A stretch of 63,730 bases of DNA, filler included, from Craspedostauros australis (taxonomy: Eukaryota): NCBI GenBank assembly GCA_030167865.1. It is 11 parts of 11 records of this genome, joined end to end, with 100 filler letters (N's around TTAATTAATTAA, not from the genome) between each part and the next. Parts side by side here need not be neighbours in the genome. Positions count along the whole stretch, not along the records: positions 21,748 to 26,193 come from JALAGF010002349.1; positions 26,294 to 28,852 come from JALAGF010002350.1; positions 28,953 to 45,394 come from JALAGF010002351.1; 8 more parts are not named here. One strand, 5' to 3'. Each line of letters opens with the position of its first letter. Positions within the stretch are counted from its first letter, which is position 1. Under the pieces are notes generated by a model. It did not search any database. It was not told where the DNA came from and worked only from the letters and a program-made list of their open reading frames with translations. Made by a program: the position numbers and the translations under genes. Positions 23,101 to 35,065 of this stretch are shown in pieces.

Positions 23101-24946
23101 TGTTTGTGTGTGTCATTGGTTGAATGAACAACGGATGGCAGACAGACGAGTGCTTACCAAACGCGCCAAAAATTCTTGACACCACCCAAAACAACGGATC
23201 TTCCATTTTGCACAAGATCCATCAAACAACATCAACACAACAAGAGAGAAGGAAAGAGAGGGTGATGAAATGGCATGACGATGTTTACATTGATGGAGGT
23301 ATCAGCCAACACTGAGACATTCTCCAACAAAGAAATGAATAAAAACAGCAACGAAGAAATGATGTAATCAAGCAAGCTGCGGCTGCGCAACTATGGCACG
23401 CCAACCAGAATCAACGAAGGCGGCCATGGCAAGAGACGATGACGATGCCGATGATGACGCTGATACAGATGATGAATGGCAAGCGGCGACGAACAGCGAT
23501 CTCCAACGTGCCACATCGCTCAGAAACATCAGAAAGGAAGATATCAAACCAACTGCTCCGGAGTAGAGGAGAGCTTGGGACATGGGAAATCGCAGCGCCA
23601 ACAACAGTGTCAACAGCAACGGCAAGACATGTCATGGCCCGTGGTGCGGTCTGGATTCAAGTCATCAGCAGCCGCGCGCACGCACAGAAACGTACGATGC
23701 GTTGTCGGAAACGGAGATTCAACACATGTTGGACGGATGCATCTGTGAGATTGGACGCAGCGACTTTTCCCGAGACCAACAGAGCCATCAGTGTGGAGAT
23801 GTTCCTCAGTCCCCACTACACGCACCACAACCAGCCACGCCTGCTCATACCGATGCTCGAAGCGATACGTCGCCACCACAAACCGCAAATGATGAGACAG
23901 AGGCACTGTCTCCTTGGATCCACCATTATTGAAATCCTGTGCAATGACGTTGGCAACTTCTTCCATTGCTCGTCATCTTTGTCGGCCATACCTATCGAAA
24001 ACCATGCAGCTGCTGGCATACATGCGTGCCTTGCGCGACATCGTGCACAAACTGCAGCAGCAGCACCACCACCACCACCAACAACAAGCTAACTGTCGCA
24101 ATACGCTCCACCTCGTCATGTTGGATTCGAGTCCAACAAGCCATGCATGACGCCAACAGGGTCCACCATAGCTTCCCACACAACTCCTTCCACGCCAACG
24201 AAACCAACGAACGCGGAAACCATTTGATCGGCAATGACGACCACGACGATGACAGCGGTGGCTGCTCCATCCTCTTCATGTCGCATTGGCCAATGATGAT
24301 GCACGGCAACGTGCCGAACACCAACCAGGATCATCTGCAATTCATGCACAGAAGACCTTGCGCATCTCGCGGCCCAACCAAACCGCGCTGCGAACGATAC
24401 GGGAGTGCATGGAGCAGCATGCTGTGCACATCACCAAAGGCGACGGTGAAGGAATGCCGGACGCACCATTGAATGAATGAATCACTATTTGCTCCAGCTC
24501 CTTTCACATAGTTACTATCCTAATGACTATTCTGACGACTAGTTTTATCCATCGACTCAATTCTGTCATGCGTTCACTTCTTGAAGACTTCTGTTATGAT
24601 TTGGTATGGTCTGACACTTCACTCCTCTTCCTCGGCAGTGCCGTCCACCACAATCACTTCGGATCCATTGGCTCTCATAGAGCTGGTTCTCATTGAGCGG
24701 ACGAAGTCCACCAATGTTTCCCGATCCATGTATGAATCCACTTGTGCTGTACCCTTCTCCTCATCTATGACCTTGTGCAGGTCCACCATGGGCATGTGAC
24801 TGTACTCATCATCAATACCATCACTCTTGGCTCCCTCACTGCGGAGGGCAAGAATACTTATCATCAGTTGGGGTTGTAGAATCAGTTTGCTTAAATCTAG
24901 ATGAGTGAACATATCTTTATCACTTGCAGTTGCCATTCTCATTGCT
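21748..24946. repeat. 3.2-kb segmental duplication or diverged haplotype, copy A
   Basis: Colinear with 51330..54537, with many substitutions and indels. Confidence 0.92.
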
Positions 24947-26193
24947 GCATCCTTCAACACCACGCCGTTGTGTTGGTGGGCGAATATCAACACATCTATC
25001 ATGGTGTCTTCTGTGAGATGCTTGCGGGCCAACTCTGCTTCAAGAACAAGCTTGAGTCGCCAGAAACCGAACTCGTTGGCCACAAGGATCAGCTGTTGCG
25101 GATCATCCTGTCCAGTGAGGATGGGAGTTGGCTGGTAAGAGGCATCCACATCGTGGTGAGTGTGGGCGTGAACGTGGGCGCCAACATGAGCACTGGCGTG
25201 AGCAGCAGAGTTGTCACGAGCGCTGTCATTGAAGGATATCTTGCCTGTGTAGATGTATTGGAGGATTTATCGGACATGCCTTGGTTGAAGATCGGGAAGA
25301 GGAATGGTTACTTGCATGGATTCAGTTCCATCGTGAGTGTCATCATTCGTGTGCTGATGTCGGATTCCTTTGTCGATCAGTGTCTCAATGGATGGGACGG
25401 TGATCATGAGAAGTTCAGAGTTTGCTTTGATTCGTTGTTGTTCGTCGCCCTGTCCACACAAGAAGATGGGGTCTGTCCTGTTCTTGGTTTGGAAGCATCT
25501 GAGCTGTCTTCTCCAATGCTGATGTTGGTCCTCTTGTGGGTGCTGTGTTTGTGCTCATTCTCTTGCTTCTTTCGCTTCAACTGCTGTCTCAGCTGTTGTT
25601 GCAGTTGCTCATTCTCTGTTCCTTCTGTGTCAACTGCTGTCCCAACTGTTCTTGTGGCTGCTTATTCTCTTGCTCGTTTTGTTGTAAGCGTTGCTGCAGT
25701 TGTTGCAGTTGTGGGTGAACTGAAGGCGAAAGTCCTCTGATGAGGGACTCCATACACTCCAGGTGGCCGTTGCAGCATGCGTCATGAAGGGGAGTCCAAC
25801 CACTGTTGGCTTTGCAGTTGACGTCGGCCCCACATGATTTGATGAGGTACTCCACACACACCAGCTGGCCTTTGTGGCATGCCACATGAAGGGGAGTCCA
25901 ACCATCGCTGTCTTGGCAGTTGATATTCGCCTCACATGATTCGATGAGGTACTTCACACACTCCAGGTGGCTGTTGGAGCATGCCCGATGAAGGGGAGTG
26001 GAACCATGGTTGCTTTTGCAGTTGATGTCCGCCTCACATGATTCGACGAGGTACTTGACACACTCCAGGTGGCCGTTGTAGCATGCATCATGAAGGGGAG
26101 TGTCACCACCGTTGTCTTTGCAGTTGATGTCCGCCTCACATGATTCGATGAGGTACTTGACACACTCCAGGTGGCCGTTGTAGCATGCCAGAT
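24619..26193 (-). pseudogene. ankyrin-repeat / coiled-coil / BTB-POZ protein, disrupted
   Basis: GxTPLHxAC repeats, a Q-rich coil, then BTB-like IPLPDLQP..*ILQYIY, LILVANEFG..LKLVLEAEL, VLIFAHQHN..LKDAAM. Frameshift near 25600 and in-frame stops. Confidence 0.75.
25743..26193 (-). repeat. tandem 102-bp (34-aa) ankyrin coding repeats, about 4.5 units
   Basis: The unit ACYNGHLECVKYLIESCEADINCKDNGGDTPLHD is repeated with high DNA identity. Confidence 0.9.
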
Positions 26194-27111
26194 NNNNNNN
26201 NNNNNNNNNNNNNNNNNNNNNNNNNNNNNNNNNNNNNTTAATTAATTAANNNNNNNNNNNNNNNNNNNNNNNNNNNNNNNNNNNNNNNNNNNNCTGCTGC
26301 CAGATCTAAAACACGTATAGCAAGCTGATCCGTGGCACTCAAGGGAGGCACGGATTGGATCGAAGGTCCAACTGGGTAAAACCAAAGGTGCATCACATCC
26401 TGGTGAAGCGCAGCTGAACAAGCGCAAGACACAGCGTTCGGAGAGACGAAATCCGAACGGGCAGGGCCATCCAACGCGCAATCCATCCGCGACGTTTCAT
26501 CGTTTTTCAAGACCAACAANNNNNNNNNNNNNNNNNNNNNNNNNNCCATTTGCGCTCAGTCCACCTTTCTGATTGGCTGTGAATTCCTACGGTTCACACA
26601 ATCACTGGTGCGTCACATCGGTTCACAACTCCTTCGCCATCCCAGTCATCCATCGGACTCCGGGTCGCGCGCCAACAAATAATCCAATCGGGAAATTCAC
26701 ACGGTCCTGGTTGACATTTTCCATCGGTCATCCTTCGCCTCGGATTAAGCACAGTCATCTTCGCATTCATCAATCGGGAAATTCACACGGTCCCGTCTGG
26801 CCTTCCATCCGTCAGTCAGTCACAATTCGAGACAGCGCGCACGGATTAACCGCAGTCCACTCGTGACAACGTNNNNNNNNNNNNNNNNNNNNNNNNNNNN
26901 NNNNNNNNNNNNNNNNNNNNNNNNNNNNNNNNNNNNNNNNNNNNNNNNNNNNNNNNNNNNNNNNNNNNNNNNNNNNNNNNNNNNNNNNNNNNNNNNNNNG
27001 CGCAGTCATTTCCAAGTGTGACCACTTTCCTGGGAGCTGCGGGAAAATACTCGTCCGATAATAATAACAAATTGGACCAACGACTACATCCTCGCAACAC
27101 CCAGCTACACG

Positions 27112-28852
27112 ATGTCCGACGCAATCCCAATCAACGACCCCATCCTGGCGCACGTCCTCAGCGTTCTCGGATATGACGACTCGTCTATTGAATGGCTTAT
27201 CTTGCATACCGAAGANATCCGAACCATCATGGATTTCGCNTCGCTCCATCGNGAGGATATGCTCGAGTTCAATGCCACCATCGAACGATCTGATCCAGAA
27301 CCCGACTACGTAGCCCAACTGTCTAAAGTAGCAGTCCGGAAATTCACCAATGCCATTGGCTGGTTCAGTGTTCAACCTAATCCTACTGTAGAGACATGGC
27401 GCGAACTCAACCAAGCCTCATACATGGAGTATGTCGCCCGGACGTTCACACCATCGCCCGCATCCTCGGCCGCCATGCCTGACACAGCCACCAGCGGATT
27501 CCCCTTCGAACCAACGAAGACTGAACCAACGGAGAAGACCGGACGCGACCTCGCCGCAGATTTCAACCGTAGCATCAAGCGTAACATTAGCGACTACCCA
27601 AAGTTGTCTGATGANAANTACTTCGCTACNTTCCATCGTCGTCTGCGTGCCACCGCTGCTGCTCATGGCATCTCCAATGTTCTCGATACTGACTACGTCC
27701 CGTCCGATGAACAAGCCGAGCTCTTCAAAGTGCAGTCCACCTTCCTGTTCAACGTGTTTGTGTCCAACCTGCAGACCACGAAGAGTAGGAAGTGTGTCAC
27801 TCCGTACGAGTCAATCTGTGACGGCCAAGCCGTCTACTGCATGCTGGTCCGCGAGTACACCACCGGTGCCACCGCTGTCAACACCATCAGACGCATCCGA
27901 GACGAGATCATCAAGTTCAAGCTGGACAAGCAGTGGCGCAAGACTCGTGAGCAGTTCCTGGACCTGTGGCAACACAAGGTTCACGAACTCGAGGCATTGC
28001 GTGATGATCCGATCGACGACGCGACGAAGAAGGAGTGGTTGACCAACGCCATCGAGGCCGACAAGGCTCTGTACCAGTCTATCTTCCAGACTGACTACCT
28101 GCAGACCGCGATCCTGGCCTATTCACCCGGAACCTCCGCAACCACCATGGAGTTCGACACTCTCGTTGAGCTCGTTCGGTCGTACGCCGTCCAACTCGAT
28201 GGTCACGACGCCAACAAGCCAAAGACGCCACGGCAAGTCAACAACACTGATCAACGCAAGCAACATGGGAAGGATAAGGACGATGGACCCAATCTCTGGA
28301 AGCCAAACAAGGACTACAGCAAGGAGACACGAGGACGGCTGCCGCGTGACGAGTTCACGAAGCTGACGGATAAGCAACGCAGCGACTACCTCCAAGCCCG
28401 GCGAGCCAAGTCTGGACGTGGTAAGAAGGACAAGCCTAGACGCTCCGCCAACAACACCAACCGCAGTGACTCCTCATCCAACCAGAATGACCAACAGGAC
28501 ACTCAGACCAACGACAAAGGTAGTAACAATAACGAATCTAGTTCTACCGCTGGAACAGCAATCAACCGTATGCTTTCCAGTGCCATGTCTAGCGCGTCCG
28601 GGAGCCCGCCGGCTACCCTCGTCATTGACGGTCGCACCTACACCCTGTCTCACACGAACGTATCGTACAAGTTCAACAACGCGAACGTGACTGTGCAAGG
28701 CGCATTGGTGGATGGAGGTGCGAACGGCGGTCTCGTTGGAGATGACATGCTGGTGATGGAGTCCACACCCAACCGTGCTGATGTTTCTGGAATCGGTGAC
28801 GCAGAGATCAAGGATCTGGCGCTGGTCACGGCCACCGCTGTCATCCAGACCA
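27112..28852 (+). mobile_element. gag: diatom copia-type (CoDi-like) gag plus aspartic protease, 3' truncated
   Basis: Gag-like F.RSIKR....YPKL, ATAAAHG..NVLD..YVP and DGQAVY. Protease motif ALVDGGANGG. Confidence 0.85.
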
Positions 28853-31277
28853 NNNNNNNNNNNNNNNNNNNNNNNNNNNNNNNNNNNNNNNNNNNNTTAA
28901 TTAATTAANNNNNNNNNNNNNNNNNNNNNNNNNNNNNNNNNNNNNNNNNNNNTTTTATCCGGGAAATTTGTAGCCCCATGTGGCCCATTGTAGCCCCTTT
29001 GAGCCCCTTTTCGGCAAAAAAGCGGATAGGCACTACTCGTAAAGCGTGAAGTGTGTGGAACGTAGCCTACAATTCATCCGGGACCCACTACTCCACGAAT
29101 CAATGTGTTGTCCGCTTCAACAACGTCGGACGAAAGATGCCACCATGATCTCTCGGCCAATCAGATCGGAAGGCGCGTTCGCTCGGAGCACGATGCTAAT
29201 TTTCTCGCAGAACGGCTGCGTGAGATCTTTTTATTCTGTGGGACGAAAAGATCTCGTGCGCGCCATTCGCAGGCACACTTTGTGCGTGACATTGTGTGAT
29301 GCGAGGACGAGTGGAGAGCGAGAGTACAAGTAGCCACGGTGTGTTGTCGGAACAGAGGAAGGAAGATCCCAACATCGCACAGCGCCACAAGAGAAGACGG
29401 GGGTGACGCAGGGAAGTGAAAGATACTCTACTCGACTCACCTGTGGCATGATCCAAGAGAGGAGGAGGAGGAAGATAAGATCTGGTTAACTGTTTGCGCT
29501 GTCCTTGCTACTCTCGTTGTTGTCATTTTGGCGCAAGGTGGGTGTCCTTCAACGACCAACAAGATCGAATCCAATCCAGCCCAAGCAAGTCCGAGCCAGT
29601 CCGAGCCAACTCAATCAAAATTGAGATCAATCAATCCAACGCAAGACTGTCTAAATCAGATCAGAACAACATGCACAAGAGGAGGCAGTGCAACAGAAGA
29701 TCCTGACACTTCACATCAGAACAAACGAACCCAGGTTTCAATCAAGGGAGGGAGGTGAAGGCAAAAGCCTGGAGGCAAGGTGAAGGCAGATCATAGAGTA
29801 CTCTCACCAGCAGCGCACCATCCGCAAGATCCATTCTCATTGCGGCTTCTGCGTCAGCCGGCGCACTTCAACAGAAACATCAGCAGTCAGAAACATCAAT
29901 GGAAGGAATCCATCAATGGGCGAAAGATTTCGGAGGCAGGATTTGTGGTGAAAACGTCGCCTCCCCCGAAATGACCCATCACGAGTCTTCTTTGGCCACT
30001 GCATTCAAGTCACAGCATCAGCATCTCTTCTTGCAAGAGGAAACACCATTTGAGATGGAAGTGAGGTTGCAGGGAGACGCTGTCCTGTCACTGCAATAAC
30101 GGATAGCGATAGCAGAGCAGAGCAGGAATGGCAGCTTCACTGGTCATCAGCCATCGCATCACATCACACTGAATTGCATTGAATTGCATTGCATTGGGAA
30201 GGATTGGACGAAGGATCTCCTCTGACCCGCTGATTCTCACTTTCGCAGTCTTCCAGTACCTGCACTCACGCTGTTGCTCCGTTTCCGCAGTCTGGCAGTG
30301 TATGCTCAGGCTGGAGGCAGTGGCATCAGCACAAGCAACAGCAACAGATGGAACAGAAGGACATGCTCTTCCGGGCCTTCCACCAGAGATCGACAGCAGC
30401 GCAGAGAGACGAGGAGGAAGGTTCGGAGATCGACACAAGCTGTCCCAATCCTAAGCAACACAGTGGAGGTGGTTGTGTGGCTCATAATCTCATAATATTG
30501 GCCTCTAAGCCAATCAGATCACTCCATTATGAACTCAACCTACCTTCCAAACTGGGGGTGACCAGGATCGAAATGTGCGAATAACGTCAATCTAAAAAAT
30601 TCTGAAATGCAGGAGTTGAGGTATGAATGCACTTTTGAGGGCGTTCATCACTCAGCTCTCATTTTTGTTCAGATTTCTTTTTGTACCTTCCTCTCAAATC
30701 GCTCCTTTTAATAGCACAATGCTTTATGCACCTGATACGTTTTCTGATTAGTTCGTCCTGGTATGTGCTGAAACGTTGCTTTCCTCTATGCACATGATTG
30801 TTGGTGTAGGGACACACTAGGGACTCGTCGGAACAGACAAAGACGAGTCACTCCTCTTGAGTCTGGTGGATCGAAATAAGAGAATCTTAGGGAAGGATAG
30901 CACCTCAACTTGACACAGCCAAGAGCTGTCCTTGAACACAACAACATGAGATACAACACAAGGAAGAAAACCATAGATTCAGAAGTCACTCTACCCCATC
31001 AGTGTCTTCTTTACTACAGCTCATCACCATCAACCTGAAAGACTTGATCTCTCTTGAAGGACTCGTGCGATTTCGCTGTTTACAACAACTGGACAATACC
31101 CTTCAACGGTAACTTTTGGTTTTCTAGAATTTCCTCCCTCACGTACGTTGGTATCAGTTTCAGTAACCTCCGTTGAGCACGTATCATCATGCTACCTTTG
31201 GCTTCCTCCCTTGTTTCTACCATGGACATGCGTTGCTTGTCCATCTCCTTTCATGCATGTCGTGCACTTCCATCATG

Positions 31278-31980
31278 TGTTGGAAGTCCGGGGTGTTACT
31301 AGTACTGCAGTCGAATTGTTATTTAACTGCACCGTTTTAGAACTGTGAGAGCCACATCATCATTTCTTGCATCTTCAAATCCATTGCCCATGATAATATC
31401 AGTAGCTCCATGTAGTTGCTCTGGCATTCATCATTGCAAGACTTGTTCATCATATGCACCTCCTCATGTATTTTGAGTGCAATTCATCATGCTCGCCAGT
31501 GGAGTTTTCTCTCTTCATTCCCGCGGTACATTCACACTGATGCCAAATTTCATTCTCGATGTTTCTCTCTCACTCATTCATTGCATTGGTGACATCATTC
31601 ATTCGCTCAGTGCACTCCTTCACGCTGTTCACTCACTTTCGCCAGGTGATCATGGATGGTCACATTTGGATCAGAACATGATGTTCTGGCACAATCGATA
31701 CATTTCTTCATGTGATGTTCCAATCCACACTTTATTCTCCTTTTCGATCCATTCACACACAGGATCATGCTCTGAGTTCTGAATGATAAAGTGGTGATAG
31801 CGCATGCGCATATATATTGGCTCACTGGTCAACTGTCATGTTCAGAGCACTTCAGCATTCTAGTCTTCCTTCATTGCTCATGATTTGCCATGTTTGTCTG
31901 TCTGTCATCCCTCAGAATCTTGACATACAGGGAGAGTTACAACATGAGGCCTTTGATAGAACACAGGCAACAATGGGTAC
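31278..31980 (+). repeat. LTR family X copy (TGTTGGAAGTCCGGGG start), right end uncertain
   Basis: Colinear with 33165..33886. The start motif recurs at 47965. Confidence 0.7.
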
Positions 31981-32832
31981 TTACTTCGAAATTGGGAGTG
32001 ATCAGGTCCGTCAAATGAAGTAGAGTGAAGCTGTTGATAGTTGTCAGTGTGCTCTGAGTGGTTAATTGATGTTAGATGGTATGTATGCTGGCCCAATTCA
32101 GAACTGTTGGAGTCTGAATTGTGAGCAGATGGAGATGAAATGATGCAAATTGGTGCTGAGGCAACATGTGTTGCAAAACACAGCAGAGCATGAAGTGCAG
32201 AGCATGAAGATGTTGTCAAGTTTGCAAGACTGAGGAGGTTCATGGCGCCTCCAATACCGACCTTGCTTCTTGGAACAACAATGATGCATGCAACAAATCC
32301 GATCATTGCAGAAATGCGATCTTGCCAAATTTGATGGGATTGCTGAGCCTTGTATCTGAGCCAAGATGCTCAGATACATTCACTCAACAAGACAGTAGAC
32401 ATGCCCTGTGAAGGTGGATTCGCAGGGATGCAGACATATATATTCATGTACACATAAGGAGGATGACAGGCAGGACCTGACATCCATCCTTCAACTCATT
32501 ACCATCTTCAGACACCACGACAGGTATCTGAGTTCCGTCGGGAGTTGCGGGAAATGAGGTCAACAGAGAAAGAGAAAACAGTTCATGACCAAAAGTCTCA
32601 TGCGTGACCTGACACATTCTATGGAGAACAAGATTAGACGTAGGCTAAGGTGAATATAGACTTTTGATCTGATAGCCTTGGACGTTCGAAAGTGGGACAC
32701 TCTTCGGAGTTTCCCTCTAATTGGATGAGTCCAACTTGGCAGTTCCCCCAAAATATTTCCGGATGGAGTAGGAGCCGATTAGCGAGTCGACCTGTACTCT
32801 GTTATTGGCCTCCAGAAATTTGTCTCGGATAT

Positions 32833-34235
32833 TGTCAACATCTAGATCGAAATTAGGCTAACATATCACTTGACTGGAACGTGATTCGACTTGATTGATA
32901 GTATAGTCGGTCGAGTCTTGATGATGCGATGATGTCCTGGTACAGCTGGCATCGGAACTGATGCAGGGACTGACATCAGATATGACATCAGAGGATCAGA
33001 CACTGAGATCCTAGGAATCAAGATTAAGTGATAGTCATGGTATGCTGACATGTCTAGTGACGCCAAGTGCATCAGTGCACATGTGGCAGCAAAATTTAGA
33101 GAGTAGAGCGGTGATGCCAGTGATGATACATGCAGAATCCTGACATTCACGAGCAAGATATACAGGTTGGAAATCCGGGGTAGTAGTACTGTAGTCTAAT
33201 CATTATTAAACTGTACCGTTTTAGAACTGTGAGAACAACTTCTTCATTTCTTGCTTCCTCGAATCCATTGCCCATGATGATAGCAGTAGCGCCCTGTAGT
33301 TGCTCTTGTATTCATCATTGCAAGGCTCCTCCATCATGTACATCTCTTCATGCATTTCAGGTGCATTCGATCATGCTCATCCATAGAGCTTTCTTTCTAC
33401 ATTCCTGCGGTGCATGCATGCTGGTGCCAAGTTTTGCTCTCTTCGGATTGGTGACATCAACCATTCGTCCAGTGCACTCTTTCGTGTTGTTCACTTACTT
33501 TCGTCACATGGTCATGGATAGTCACGTTTGGATCAGAACATGATGTTCTGTCATGATCGACTCATTCCTTCGATGATGTTCCAGTCCGCGCTTTGTTCTC
33601 CTTCGCGGTTCGTTCACACTCACGGGATCATGTTCTGAGTTCTGAATGACAAAACACTGATAGCGCTTTCATCCATAGTTCACCATGTTTGTCTGTCCGT
33701 CATCACACTCATGGCATACCCGTTGTCTGTCTGTCATTTGTCATACTCTTGACATGCAGGGAGGACAGGCTACAGAATAATCAGGAGTGTGTCCATCTTT
33801 GATAGATCGACCAGTCTCTTTTTGGTACTATGGGAGGTGCGGCAATCATGGGTATTGAAACAAAATCGCACCCTCGATTCCTGACATATATGGACAAGAT
33901 CGATCTCCAAGACCAGACAGATTCAGACAGAGATTTCAACAGACCCAAGAAGGGCAACTTGAGAGGAATTGCACGATGGACCATGATGGCATTGAGCAAT
34001 GAAGCAGGAAGACCTGACGATGAACCACGACGGAATCGGGCAGAACATCAGGAAGAGTGCAGAATGCACCAACTTAGGATGAATGAGGTATTGTTCTCAA
34101 AATTCTCAACAATCATCAATTGATATACACTCTAATTTAGCAACCAACAACCAAACACCAACCAACTTCTCTTGACAGATTGATCACCCTGAGGGTGTAG
34201 TAAGTGTCAGTGTTTGGTATCAGCACAAATCCGTA
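32833..34235 (+). repeat. LTR family Y copy, split by the family X LTR at 33165..33886
   Basis: 32833..33163 and 33887..about 34220 match consecutive parts of the reverse complement of 36099..36843. Starts TGTCAACATCTAGATCG. Confidence 0.75.
33165..33886 (+). repeat. solo LTR, family X
   Basis: Termini GGTTGGAAATC...GATTCCTGACA form an imperfect inverted repeat. The host LTR resumes after it. Flanks TATAC/TATAT are an imperfect duplication. Confidence 0.7.
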
Positions 34236-34307
34236 TAGTGTTAAGTACGTTACTCCCGTAGCCCCCACTATGTATAAATTCCGCATGTGCTTGGTTCAGC
34301 AATCGCA

Positions 34308-34375
34308 ACGCCTGTAGCCCAAGGGCAGAGCACCAGTAATTCTCAGAGGTTCCGGGTTCGAATCCTGGCATGGTA
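34308..34375 (+). ncRNA. tRNA-like sequence (pseudo-tRNA or SINE-type Pol III head) lacking a normal anticodon arm
   Basis: A-box-like TAGCCCAAGGG, D-arm close AGAGC and a canonical T-arm CCGGG-TTCGAAT-CCTGG. Acceptor pairing is partial. Confidence 0.55.
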
Positions 34376-34787
34376 CTTTGCTTTTGCTCTCCCCTTGTGA
34401 TTTTTCGATAGTGCTCTAATATTTGGTTCCCTGGCCTGTGTGTAATTTACGATTTTCAGGTATCCAATCCAAGCACATATTCGTAATCCTTGTAGGTCTA
34501 AATTTGATTATAGTTGAAGTTCACTTTAGGACAGACTACTGTCTGTCTTAGTGTGTCCCCTGCCGTTCCTTGAAATTCACTTTTGGCACGAAATCTACCG
34601 ACCCCGACAACTGCAGAATCCTCCTTTCACTCTTTCCCCCTTTTTCATTCACAGACCATCACTGACCCAAAAAGGCACGATTGACTTGATCCAAGCTGTC
34701 CTGGGAACTATATGCTCCCCGGATCCTTGTATTGCAACTTGTCTCGATTCCCTTGTCAGCTATGGCACCCGCTTTCACTCCATGCTC

Positions 34788-35057
34788 ACAGCAAGGAGAT
34801 CCTCCCTGCTTCACCACAAGCAGGGAATCTGACTGTGAATTCCAACTACCAATCTGCAGTGTCTTTGCTTGCAATCTCAACAAGATGTCAAGCTCTTGTG
34901 CTTCAATGCTGGAAGACTACTGCAGATGGAGAGATCAGAGAGAACAAGGAGCATTGCCCATCCTCAACACTGAACAAACCCCTGAGGATCAGTGCAGAGC
35001 CACACCAACTATGTGAACATCGTTTCTTCATCCTATCTATACCAGCTGATCAACTCA
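34788..35057 (+). repeat. dispersed non-coding repeat, second copy
   Basis: Similar to 19692..19960. Confidence 0.7.
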
Positions 35058-35065
35058 TATTCCCT

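Noticed and set aside
28953..30780. Possible decayed gene or DNA-transposon end (TAGCCCC motifs near 28970..29010, short ORFs)
   Set aside because: I could identify no transposase motif, inverted partner or TSD.
30799..31108. Possible small solo LTR (TGTTGG...CTTCAACG)
   Set aside because: The terminal CA is missing, the flanks do not form a TSD and there is no second copy in the window.
34215..34224. TGGTATCAG as a canonical tRNA-Met primer-binding site
   Set aside because: It aligns inside the family Y LTR (the other copy reads TGGTGCCCA), is not preceded by an LTR end and has no gag after it.
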